Source: Candidatus Saccharimonadales bacterium (GTDB lineage: Bacteria; Patescibacteriota; Saccharimonadia; QS-5-54-17). From it: a stretch of 64,000 nt of DNA. Under the pieces are notes generated by a model. It saw only the letters and a list, made by a program, of their open reading frames with translations. It was not told where the DNA came from and searched no databases. Shown here piece by piece: positions 38,740-46,979 of the stretch. The position numbers and the translations under genes are program-made. The DNA lies in NCBI GenBank assembly GCA_040876925.1, contig JBBDOS010000005.1, positions 40,815-104,814 on the forward strand. Reading direction: 5' to 3'. Every line of letters begins with the position of its first letter. Position 1 is the first letter of the stretch.

Positions 38740-38814
38740 CGCGGGGTAGAGCAGTGGCAGCTCGTCGGGCTCATAACCCGGAGGTCGCAGGTTCGAATCC
38801 TGCCCCCGCTACCA
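38740..38814 (+). tRNA. Probable initiator tRNA-fMet (CAU)
   Basis: CGCGGGGTAGAGCAGTGGCAGCTCGTCGGGCTCATAACCCGGAGGTCGCAGGTTCGAATCCTGCCCCCGCTACCA. Three consecutive G-C pairs closing the anticodon stem (GGG/CCC) and an unpaired 1:72 (C:U). Confidence 0.75.
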
Positions 38815-38861
38815 AGTTGAACATTTATCACCTAAGACCCGGTTCCTAGACTGGGCTTTTT
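38809..38861 (+). repeat. Copy 1 of an about 50-bp repeat: tRNA-fMet 3' end plus TTATCACCTAAGACCCGGTTCCTAGACTGGGCTTTTT
   Basis: Direct repeat of 40564-40635 (about 80% identity). Contains a degenerate hairpin and a T-run. Confidence 0.6.
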
Positions 38862-38989
38862 GTTTCTCTAGGGTATATTAAACGCAACTGTTCTCTATGC
38901 GAGGATTGGATGCGGAATACTATGGCCGGGTTCCTTGACCGTACTTATCGCTCTATCTGTTAGTAGCTAATGCGTAGTAGAATTAGTAT

Positions 38990-39970
38990 ATGGTAGTCCA
39001 TGAAGCAGAAAATAAAATCCTTAAATATGCAGGCGCGTTTCTGGGCGGGTATAAGGAAGCGGTTAACAAACATTTCGATCAAGAACGATGGGAAGTTGCA
39101 AAACTAGGAAGGCAGAAGGACTACTTCCCATTATTCGACAAAGAGATTGGTGAAACGGTTGCATTGGCTTCTAAATATACTGATTATGATTTTTTCCTAT
39201 TTTTTCTGGATGAGGAGAATGCTACTTGGAGAATAATTGATTCCGATAATGAAGAGGAATTCACAGCAGACTGGACTATGCACACACCACAAGATGAAAA
39301 GCGTCGTCGTATGCACGAATACCTACAAGTGAAACCTGAAGAGATACTAATGGAGGTAAATGTCCCAGCAAGAGGTTTCTTGAATAATGTTGACTACCAA
39401 ATAGAAAAGCAAGGACGTTCACATGGCTATGATCGTGGCAATCAGCATGGCGCCAAAGCGAGAAAAGAAATCCCAGTTCTTAACTCGAAGCTAGCGAGCG
39501 ACATCGAACTCCAAACCATATCGAAGAAATTCGAAGAATTAAAGTCAGGCAGTGATAAACCACATCAAAGAGGGACAGGATTTGAGGAACTATGGAGACG
39601 AACTTTAAGTTTTTATGGTTGGAAACCGAAGAAAATTCAAATTCATGGCGAAGAGAACGACTTCACAGCAATTTATCAAGGTAATCATATTTTGGGTGAA
39701 GTAAGATGGCACAAAACTGCTATGCAGGCTAATAAAATGAGAGACTTTCTTGGTAAGTTAGACCCAAGACCACAAACAATAGGATTCTTTATTTCACAGT
39801 CTGGGTTCACCCAAGGAGCTATAAGCGTTGCTAGAAGATCCATAAACACTAAGACTGTGGTAATGTTTGGTCCTGACGAGATTAGTCAAGTTTTGACTGG
39901 GCGTAAAGACCCAGGAGAATTGTTTAATAATTTGCTGCGCGATATTTACGATAAAGTACTCGAGGAATAG
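38990..39970 (+). CDS. Hypothetical protein with C-terminal restriction-endonuclease-like (Mrr-cat / PD-(D/E)xK-like) domain and an unknown N-terminal domain
   Basis: C-terminal GTGFEELWRRTLSFYGW...GEENDFTAIYQGNHILGEVRWHK pattern (GxxFE ... D ... E/Q.K) resembling the Mrr_cat nuclease core. 326 aa. Confidence 0.35.
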   Translation: MVVHEAENKILKYAGAFLGGYKEAVNKHFDQERWEVAKLGRQKDYFPLFDKEIGETVALASKYTDYDFFLFFLDEENATWRIIDSDNEEEFTADWTMHTPQDEKRRRMHEYLQVKPEEILMEVNVPARGFLNNVDYQIEKQGRSHGYDRGNQHGAKARKEIPVLNSKLASDIELQTISKKFEELKSGSDKPHQRGTGFEELWRRTLSFYGWKPKKIQIHGEENDFTAIYQGNHILGEVRWHKTAMQANKMRDFLGKLDPRPQTIGFFISQSGFTQGAISVARRSINTKTVVMFGPDEISQVLTGRKDPGELFNNLLRDIYDKVLEE

Positions 39971-40081
39971 ATTCTTACAAGACTATTTTCCGATCTTGAA
40001 TCCTAAACTGGGCTTGAATTCCTTTAATTAAATCCGACATTTTTTATACCGACAGGTACGCAGTATGAATTTATTATAAGG

Positions 40082-40552
40082 TCAGTACTGAGCCCTTAGC
40101 CAAATAAAAAGTCCCCACCATAGAATTGGGAAAGTGAGCAATATAGTGACATCGGTCAATGTGTAGATGCCGCCAGTCGGTCTATTGCTCCGCGTTACTT
40201 TTTTACCAGTTTTTATTTCCCATATTAGATCTGGTATGCGATTTAACATTAACAGTACTACGCCAGAAAGCACCCATAGATTGGTATATTGGTAGAGAAG
40301 GTAAAAGACCCCAACACTTACTGCAATGAATACTACCGTGGTGGCATTGTCTGCTTTATTATCTTTAGCTATTTCTTTCTTGATAAATTCGTGTGTATTT
40401 TTATCTTGTTTCATTTCTTCAAGCCTTACATCTCGAAAGAAACCTCTAACCACCATGCCAACAAGATTAGTAGCTAAATACATAGCAACGAGTAACGCTA
40501 GTGACGCTAGTACTATTGACAATACAATCGACATATTTGAATTATACATCAA
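40082..40552 (-). CDS. Hypothetical membrane protein (156 aa, 4 TM)
   Basis: ORF track; hydrophobic helices. Confidence 0.4.
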   Translation of the reverse strand: MMYNSNMSIVLSIVLASLALLVAMYLATNLVGMVVRGFFRDVRLEEMKQDKNTHEFIKKEIAKDNKADNATTVVFIAVSVGVFYLLYQYTNLWVLSGVVLLMLNRIPDLIWEIKTGKKVTRSNRPTGGIYTLTDVTILLTFPILWWGLFIWLRAQY

Positions 40553-40563
40553 TAAATCATTTA

Positions 40564-40635
40564 TGTTTCGGACCTGTCTGCTCTACCAAGCTGGACACTT
40601 ATCACCTAAGACCCGGTTCTTAGACCGGGTCTTTT
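40564..40635 (+). repeat. Copy 2 of the repeat: degenerate tRNA-fMet 3'-end remnant plus TTATCACCTAAGACCCGGTTCTTAGACCGGGTCTTTTT. Contains a perfect 8-bp stem hairpin (40608-40631) followed by a T-run, so it is terminator-like.
   Basis: gtttcggacctgtctgctctaccaagctggaca aligns with the tRNA 3' end ggttcgaatcctgcccccgctaccaagttgaaca. Downstream hairpin AGACCCGG/CCGGGTCT. Confidence 0.6.
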
Positions 40636-40762
40636 TCATGCAAGACCATCTCTTTTATAAAAGTTACAGATACAGGTGTCCGTTTGCTCTGTACGGACTG
40701 GATGTAAAACTTGCCGACCGGATTCCTAAACCGTAGCTAAACTGTTAAAGTTCTAGTAAGTT

Positions 40763-41365
40763 ATGAAATATAAATACGGTTCAAATTTTCAACAGTTAAT
40801 TAGCTCACCAGAAAAATTACAGAATCTTTTAGTAAACTGTTCTTTTTCCGGATCATTTAAGGCATGGGAGCAACGCAAGGCTTTTATAGCTAATTCCATT
40901 CATAAAGATGGTACTTTTTTAGATATCGGCTGTGGCAATGGCTTTTTACTGTGTTGTCTGCAAGAATGGTCAGAATTCCAGATAACTCCTTATGGGATTG
41001 ATATAAACGAAAAATTCATAGAGGAAGCGAAAGAACTTTTTCCGAGTCGAAAAGACAATTTCGCAGCTCTAGATGCTAAAGACATCAAAGACATTTCAGC
41101 CTATCTACCGAAGCAGTACGATTTCATTTTTTTCAGTAGCAACTGGATAAACATAAAGCCGGATTATCATAATAAAAAGCAGTTAGAGAATTTACTTAAC
41201 TATTTAGAACCAGGTGGCCGGTTTATTGTCGGCTTTTATGCCCAAGATAAAGATGTCAATCTAGAAACACTAAAAGAATTCAAATCACTCGGCATAAATT
41301 TTGATAAAACCCTGGAAAACGCTAAAGACACGAACCTAGTAGCATGGATAAATAAAACACCATAA
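40763..41365 (+). CDS. Class I SAM-dependent methyltransferase
   Basis: Motif I FLDIGCGNGFLL. Acidic residue about 20 aa downstream (GIDIN). No DPPY/NPPF DNA-amino-MTase motif seen. Confidence 0.7.
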   Translation: MKYKYGSNFQQLISSPEKLQNLLVNCSFSGSFKAWEQRKAFIANSIHKDGTFLDIGCGNGFLLCCLQEWSEFQITPYGIDINEKFIEEAKELFPSRKDNFAALDAKDIKDISAYLPKQYDFIFFSSNWINIKPDYHNKKQLENLLNYLEPGGRFIVGFYAQDKDVNLETLKEFKSLGINFDKTLENAKDTNLVAWINKTP

Positions 41366-41384
41366 TATCTTCATGAGGGTAAAA

Positions 41385-41421
41385 GCGGTCAAAGTTCGAA
41401 CCCTGCCCCCGCTACCAAGTT
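41385..41421 (+). repeat. Partial direct copy of the tRNA-fMet 3' half (att-like remnant)
   Basis: ggtcaaagttcgaaccctgcccccgctaccaagtt versus tRNA ggtcgcaggttcgaatcctgcccccgctaccaagtt. The last 28 nt match at 27/28, including 4 nt beyond the tRNA 3' end. Confidence 0.7.
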
Positions 41422-41592
41422 ATAAGCTAATTATTAAAAACCCTGCTATAAAAGCTGGGTTTTTTATGTTTTTGGTAAGATTATTTATAATCATCTACCC
41501 CTCTAATCTCACCTCATTAACTTAACAGAGGTATTAAGATGATATGTTAAAATATATACATAAGCTATTAATAATTAATAGGAGGGATAAAA

Positions 41593-42165
41593 ATGATATC
41601 ACGAATTATTGAAGCAACCACGGACGCTGTAGCAACAGCAGTTAAGGGTATTGATAATATCCTAGACGCCGTAACTGGTACCGTTAAGGACCAGGTAGTA
41701 AATGTATTACAAGGTGCAGGAGAGATAGCAGGAACTGGCGTTGAAGCAATTGCGTCTATTGCTAGTGGAGCAGTTAAGGGCACTGGACAAGTTGGTGCCT
41801 CTATAACTGATACTGCAGCTGGCACTATGAGCGGTATCGTAAAGGGCGCAAGCCAAGTAAGCAGTGACGTTATAGTAGCTATTAAGGGTGGTGCTGAAGG
41901 AATCGTAAAAGCTACTGCAGAGACTGGCGGCGACATAGGCGCAGCAGCTGTAGCAGCTGTTGAAGGCGCCATTAAGTCTGCTGGTGATATTGGTGCAGAT
42001 ACAGCAGAAGCAGCCAAGGCTGCCGTAGGTGGCGCTTTAGATGCTGCTACTAGCGTTGGTGGCAGCGCAGTTGGTACAGTTCGCGATGCTCTACTTTCAG
42101 CTGCAGCACTCCCCCGTGATGTAGTAGAATCTGCAATTCAGGGCAGTGAAAAAGATAGCGAATAA
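41593..42165 (+). CDS. Ala/Gly/Val/Lys-rich repeat protein (about 11-residue periodicity, predicted amphipathic helices; LEA / DUF948 / synuclein-like), strong ribosome-binding site
   Basis: TAGGAGGG 6 nt upstream of the ATG. Recurrent A(V/I)KGxxxxxxx units (AVKGIDNILDA, AVKGTGQVGAS, IVKGASQVSSD, AIKGGAEGIVK, AIKSAGDIGAD). Confidence 0.55.
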   Translation: MISRIIEATTDAVATAVKGIDNILDAVTGTVKDQVVNVLQGAGEIAGTGVEAIASIASGAVKGTGQVGASITDTAAGTMSGIVKGASQVSSDVIVAIKGGAEGIVKATAETGGDIGAAAVAAVEGAIKSAGDIGADTAEAAKAAVGGALDAATSVGGSAVGTVRDALLSAAALPRDVVESAIQGSEKDSE

Positions 42166-42403
42166 ATATATAGTTACTGAAGTATTTGGCTGGTACGGAG
42201 CCTCGGCCATAATTTTAGCCTACGCACTCGTTAGTTTCGAGTTAGTAACGGCAGGATCATGGATATATCAACTCCTTAATCTCACCGGCGCCTTAGGGAT
42301 TATCACTACTTCGCTAACTAAAAAGGACTATCAGCCAGCTGTACTTAATATATTCTGGCTAATAATTGCTGCTGCTGCCATTACTCGAATTATCCTACTC
42401 TAG
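42146..42403 (+). CDS. Small hypothetical 2-TM membrane protein (GTG start, weak)
   Basis: ORF track. Overlaps the previous gene by 20 nt. Confidence 0.3.
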   Translation: MKKIANKYIVTEVFGWYGASAIILAYALVSFELVTAGSWIYQLLNLTGALGIITTSLTKKDYQPAVLNIFWLIIAAAAITRIILL

Positions 42404-42427
42404 CAGTATTACTTATATTAAAAGAGT

Positions 42428-43612
42428 TTAGCCAACAAAGGTTAGAGCAGATCCTGGCTTACCAGCTCTACCAGCACGGCCTATTCTATGTACATAATCA
42501 TTATATGTCTGAGGAGTGTCGTAGTTAATTACATGGGTGATATCGGTAATATCAAGACCCCTAGCTGCTACATCAGTAGCTACTAATACAGAGGCCTGAT
42601 TGCTGCGAAACTGGGCTAGAGCTCGTTGTCTTTGCCCTTGGCTCTTATTGCCATGAATAGAGACTGCCGATACACCTTTTTCGTTCAAGGTTCTAGCTAG
42701 ATTCTCTACTCCCCTTTTAGTCTCACCAAAGACTAATACTTTCTCTAGCTCTTCAGTCTCAAGTAATTGATGCAGTTTATCGATTTTGTTACCACCATTA
42801 ACTCTGATGATGTTCTGCTCAATATTATCGGCTGTTTCTCCTGTCTTGACCTTGATAGTTACCGGATCTCTCAAGAAAGAATGCATAATCATCTCTACAC
42901 TACTAGGTACAGTAGCGGTTAGAAACAGTGATTGCCTGTCTTTGGGTAGTTCGGACAGTATAACCTTAAGATCATTAATAAATCCCATATCTACCATGCG
43001 ATCAACTTCATCTAGTACTACACTTTTGGTCTGATGCAGTTTTAATACTCTTCGTTCAATTAAGTCTTTGAGTCTACCGGGCGTACCGATAACTACATGA
43101 GGGTTACGGCGAAGATCATTAATCTGTCTATGTATGGGTGTGCCACCGATACATAGCGTAGAATACAGTCTCATGCCCGGAGTAAACTCTTTGAATTCAT
43201 CCTGAATCTGCAAGGCTAACTCTCTAGTAGGAGCCATAATTAGCACCTGTTGCCGGGGGTCAGCTAATAGCTTGTTGATCAGCGGTAGCAAGAAAGCTGC
43301 TGTTTTGCCTGTACCAGTAGTAGCAATACCAACTATATCTCTGCCCTCTAGGACATAGGGTATAGCCTGGTCTTGGATAGGTGATGGCTGGGTAAAGCCT
43401 TTTTTAGTAATAGCCTGCTGTAAACTAGAGTGCAAATTAAAGTCGCTAAAACTATTAACTGACTTATATTCACCCTCCTCCACAACAGTGGCTGACTTTA
43501 TGAAGCGGTTTATATCTATTTTTTGTTTATAGTTGCCGCCTCTTCCCCCTCTATTAGAACGGCGGTTATTAGGCCGATGCGATCGGCTACTGCGGTAAGC
43601 ATAGTTACTCAT
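42428..43612 (-). CDS. DEAD-box ATP-dependent RNA helicase (motif II variant DEVD) with an N-terminal Arg/Gly-rich tail
   Basis: Q-motif/PSPIQ, GIATTGTGKTAAF, DEVDRMVDMGF, SAT-like, HRIGRAGRAG. Confidence 0.88.
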   Translation of the reverse strand: MSNYAYRSSRSHRPNNRRSNRGGRGGNYKQKIDINRFIKSATVVEEGEYKSVNSFSDFNLHSSLQQAITKKGFTQPSPIQDQAIPYVLEGRDIVGIATTGTGKTAAFLLPLINKLLADPRQQVLIMAPTRELALQIQDEFKEFTPGMRLYSTLCIGGTPIHRQINDLRRNPHVVIGTPGRLKDLIERRVLKLHQTKSVVLDEVDRMVDMGFINDLKVILSELPKDRQSLFLTATVPSSVEMIMHSFLRDPVTIKVKTGETADNIEQNIIRVNGGNKIDKLHQLLETEELEKVLVFGETKRGVENLARTLNEKGVSAVSIHGNKSQGQRQRALAQFRSNQASVLVATDVAARGLDITDITHVINYDTPQTYNDYVHRIGRAGRAGKPGSALTFVG

Positions 43613-43823
43613 ATATTTTAATCCTTTATTTGATTTAATTATTAACTGCTCTTTAATGAACAGTCATAATTCTATAAATAAAGAATTCGCTACTCACTCG
43701 AAACAATTGAGCTTAACTTTAACAGGTTATTTGAATAAAGCAAGGAGATATTTTTAAATTAGCTATGAAGTTAATATGTGTAGTAAGATTTAACTAACAC
43801 ATTTAAAGAGTAGTGGTGGTAGT

Positions 43824-45890
43824 ATGAATAATATGAATCAAGACTATAAATACCCTAAGACTAAGATTAAGACAACTAACTACGCTCTGCATGGAGTTAA
43901 AATAGATGATCCATATATGTGGCTGGAAGAGGAAAGCAACCCAGAGGTAGCAAAGTGGGTAAAAAGTCAAAATCAATTTACCGATAAGTGGTTTGAAGGT
44001 CTTGACGTTTCTAAAATAGCCAAAGAGCTTAAAGAAGATTTAGATGCCCACTCCAAAGGTACACCGTGGCGGTGTAAGAATAAATACTTCTGGTATGAAA
44101 GAAAGCCTGGGCAAGACCATTACGTACTATACACCGGACCGAAACCATACCATAACAAGCAGATACTATTTGATGTTAATCAGCTTAGTGATGATAGTAG
44201 TATAAGTTTAAGTTTTTTCTCAATATCTAAAAATGCTAAGTACGCGGTATATGGAATATCAGACTCTGGCAGCGAACGTGATGAAATATTCATACTAAAT
44301 CTTACAAGCGGTAGAAAGGAAAAGTTCTACTTTGGGAGATTCTTTGATATAAGTTGGTGTGATGATGAAAAAGGTTTTTACTATATGCGCAGCGACTATA
44401 AGAGCTACAGCGAAGATATTGCTGAAGAAACGCATTATCAGCAAATCTATTATCACAAACTAGGAGATGGTCGAGACCAAGATGAGTTAGTCTTTAATGG
44501 TATAGATTACTTACCAAAAGATGCCCATATTTCACCTCATGTATCGGAAGATGGCAAGCATTTATTAGTTAATGCATATATCGGATGGGTAAGATCTAGA
44601 ATCTTCTTAGTAGATACTACTGCCAGTAATACTAAAGAATTACTCAAAGATATTAATACCACTACACTTAACGGGTCATTACTAGATAACTATCTATATC
44701 TAACCACTGACTTTATGGCAAACAACAGAAGAGTATTAAGAATTAAGGTGGAAGATATAGATAAACCAATTGATGCATGGGAAGAGTTCATACCAGAGAA
44801 GCAAGAGAAGAGGTTAGAGTTATGGCTAGTGACTAAAAGTCGGGCTATCCTAGCCTATAGCCATAACGCTACCTCTCTAGCTGAGATACTAGATCGCAAA
44901 AATGGTGAATTCTTAGAGGATTTAAATATAGAAGATTTATCATCCATATTGATGTTGTCTACTAATGAAGACTACGAAGAGTTCTTCTATTCTGTATCAA
45001 CCTTTTTTGAACCAGCTACAAAATATCGTTTTAACCCTAGTAGCAAAAAGGTTGAGACTCTATGGAAAGATGAGAGATCTATAGATACCAATAAATTTAC
45101 GGCCAAGCAAGTGTGGTTTCGTTCTACTGATAAGACTAAAGTACCGATGTTTATCATCGGGCCAAAAACTATAAGCAAAGACGGGTCTAATCCGGTGCTA
45201 CTAACTGGATACGGCGGCTTCGGACTAAGCTTAACACCTGATTTCCTAGGGGACTCTAAGCCCTGGCTGGAAAGAGGGGGTATAGTAGCTATACCTAATT
45301 TAAGAGGCGGTGATGAGTTTGGTGATAAGTGGCATAAAGATGGCATGCTTGATAAAAAACAAAATGTTTTTGATGATATGAATTCTGCTGCTGAGCACTT
45401 AATAGAACAAGGGGTTACTGCTCCTAAAAAGATAGCTATTAACGGCGGCAGTAATGGTGGTTTATTAGTCGGCGCCTGTATCAACCAGCGACCTGACTTG
45501 TATGGAGCTGCTGTTGCTCAAGTACCATTACTAGATATGCTAAGATTTCATAAATTTTTAATGGCTCATCGATGGACTCATGAGTATGGCAATCCTGATG
45601 ATAAAGATGCTTTTGAATGGATTAAAGATTATAGTCCATACCATAATATTGACCCTAACAAAGAATATCCACCGATACTATTCACCGCAGGTATGCACGA
45701 TAGCAGAGTTCACCCTATGAATGCTTGGAAGATGGCTGCGAAGATGCAGGCACTAAGCCAAGAGAATATAGTGTTGATGCGCACAGAAACAAAAGCAGGA
45801 CATGGACAAGGAAAGGGTTTCTACCAAGCAGTTAATGATCAGGCTGAAATACTGGTATTTATGATGAAGAATGTCGGTATCAATATATAA
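43824..45890 (+). CDS. Prolyl oligopeptidase (S9A family serine peptidase)
   Basis: N-terminal DDPYMWLEE, beta-propeller region, catalytic GGSNGGLLVG (GxSxGG), C-terminal D and H residues. Confidence 0.85.
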   Translation: MNNMNQDYKYPKTKIKTTNYALHGVKIDDPYMWLEEESNPEVAKWVKSQNQFTDKWFEGLDVSKIAKELKEDLDAHSKGTPWRCKNKYFWYERKPGQDHYVLYTGPKPYHNKQILFDVNQLSDDSSISLSFFSISKNAKYAVYGISDSGSERDEIFILNLTSGRKEKFYFGRFFDISWCDDEKGFYYMRSDYKSYSEDIAEETHYQQIYYHKLGDGRDQDELVFNGIDYLPKDAHISPHVSEDGKHLLVNAYIGWVRSRIFLVDTTASNTKELLKDINTTTLNGSLLDNYLYLTTDFMANNRRVLRIKVEDIDKPIDAWEEFIPEKQEKRLELWLVTKSRAILAYSHNATSLAEILDRKNGEFLEDLNIEDLSSILMLSTNEDYEEFFYSVSTFFEPATKYRFNPSSKKVETLWKDERSIDTNKFTAKQVWFRSTDKTKVPMFIIGPKTISKDGSNPVLLTGYGGFGLSLTPDFLGDSKPWLERGGIVAIPNLRGGDEFGDKWHKDGMLDKKQNVFDDMNSAAEHLIEQGVTAPKKIAINGGSNGGLLVGACINQRPDLYGAAVAQVPLLDMLRFHKFLMAHRWTHEYGNPDDKDAFEWIKDYSPYHNIDPNKEYPPILFTAGMHDSRVHPMNAWKMAAKMQALSQENIVLMRTETKAGHGQGKGFYQAVNDQAEILVFMMKNVGINI

Positions 45891-45892
45891 GT

Positions 45893-46294
45893 CTATAGAT
45901 CTATCCTGAATAAGAAGTATAGCCATTCTCGTATATTCTCATCGGCAGCCTCTACGAATGTTTGCTCTGGTTCTGGTTCTGGTGGCTCTACTGGACCAGG
46001 AATTAAATCGCTAAAGATCACCGTATGTTCACCTGGAGCTTGTAGATTGAGCTTGGCTCTAGCCTCTTTCTCTACAAAAGAGTCGGTTTGGAAGTAGGCT
46101 ATTTCCAGACGCAACTGTTCATTCTCTAGCTCTAGTATTTCATTTTCAGCTATTAACTCATCCATTTGTTGTTGCAATTGATAGTTTCTAGCTATAACGT
46201 TTAACGTAGCAATAGCTACATAAACAACTACTATTATAATAATGAAGTTGATAATATGGTTTCGTTTCAGGCGGATTTTCGATAATATACTCAT
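45893..46294 (-). CDS. Septum formation initiator (FtsB/DivIC family)
   Basis: N-terminal TM, coiled coil LQQQMDELIAENEILELENEQLRLEI, C-terminal EKEARAKLNLQAPGEHTVIF. Confidence 0.7.
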   Translation of the reverse strand: MSILSKIRLKRNHIINFIIIIVVVYVAIATLNVIARNYQLQQQMDELIAENEILELENEQLRLEIAYFQTDSFVEKEARAKLNLQAPGEHTVIFSDLIPGPVEPPEPEPEQTFVEAADENIREWLYFLFRIDL

Positions 46295-46361
46295 AATCTA
46301 TATAAAGAAGTATATCAGTTTTGTTATACTTTCTAAGGTAGCGATAATCAATATTGCTTAC

Positions 46362-46437
<76 letters not shown>

Positions 46438-46514
46438 GAAAGTTTGTCTTTATTACTCAATATTTCTTGCCGCCTCGCTATGCATCCTAATACTGAAATC
46501 AACATGAAACAAAA

Positions 46515-46543
46515 AGAACCGCTCCTTATTAAGGAGCGGTTCT
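46515..46543. terminator. Perfect 12-bp-stem hairpin AGAACCGCTCCT-TATTA-AGGAGCGGTTCT flanked by A/T runs. Rho-independent terminator for the minus-strand small gene, and possibly bidirectional.
   Basis: Seen directly. T-run on the minus strand (ctttttgtt). Confidence 0.75.
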
Positions 46544-46563
46544 AAAGTTTAAGACTTGGCTTA

Positions 46564-46764
46564 TTAGCCGCGCTTAAGAGTTAGAAAACCGTTTCGTGGG
46601 TTTTCTGTTACTACAAAACCTTCTGGAACTGCGTCCAGAGTTTCGCCTGGCTTAGGAGCCTTAGCGAAGTAGTAGATACGCTGTTCACGTCCACCACGTA
46701 GAACGACGTCTTTTGAGTGTAGGTAGTAAGTTACACCCTTTGAGTTCTGATGTTGATAAGCCAT
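46564..46764 (-). CDS. Small hypothetical protein (66 aa) with strong ribosome-binding site and terminator
   Basis: AGGAGAGG Shine-Dalgarno 6 nt upstream. Terminator hairpin immediately downstream. Confidence 0.55.
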   Translation of the reverse strand: MAYQHQNSKGVTYYLHSKDVVLRGGREQRIYYFAKAPKPGETLDAVPEGFVVTENPRNGFLTLKRG

Positions 46765-46979
46765 GTTGCCTCTCCTCTTTTATTACTTATAACTAATCAT
46801 TAGGATATACCCCTGAAGGTATAGCTGTCAAATGTTTTTTGAAAGTTTTTAAGATAAGTGTAAATATAACAGTTTAGGCAACAGGGGTAGTCTTGCATAA
46901 GTGAGTACTACTGCTTTACAATCTTTATTGATAAGCATAAGTAATTTTAACTATTTAAAGAAAGGATCAAGACAATCAT

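Noticed and set aside
41568-42017. 149-aa minus-strand ORF overlapping the repeat-protein gene
   Set aside because: It is the mirror reading frame of a GCN/GGN/ACN-rich repeat gene. The plus-strand gene has a strong Shine-Dalgarno and periodic repeats; the minus ORF has neither.
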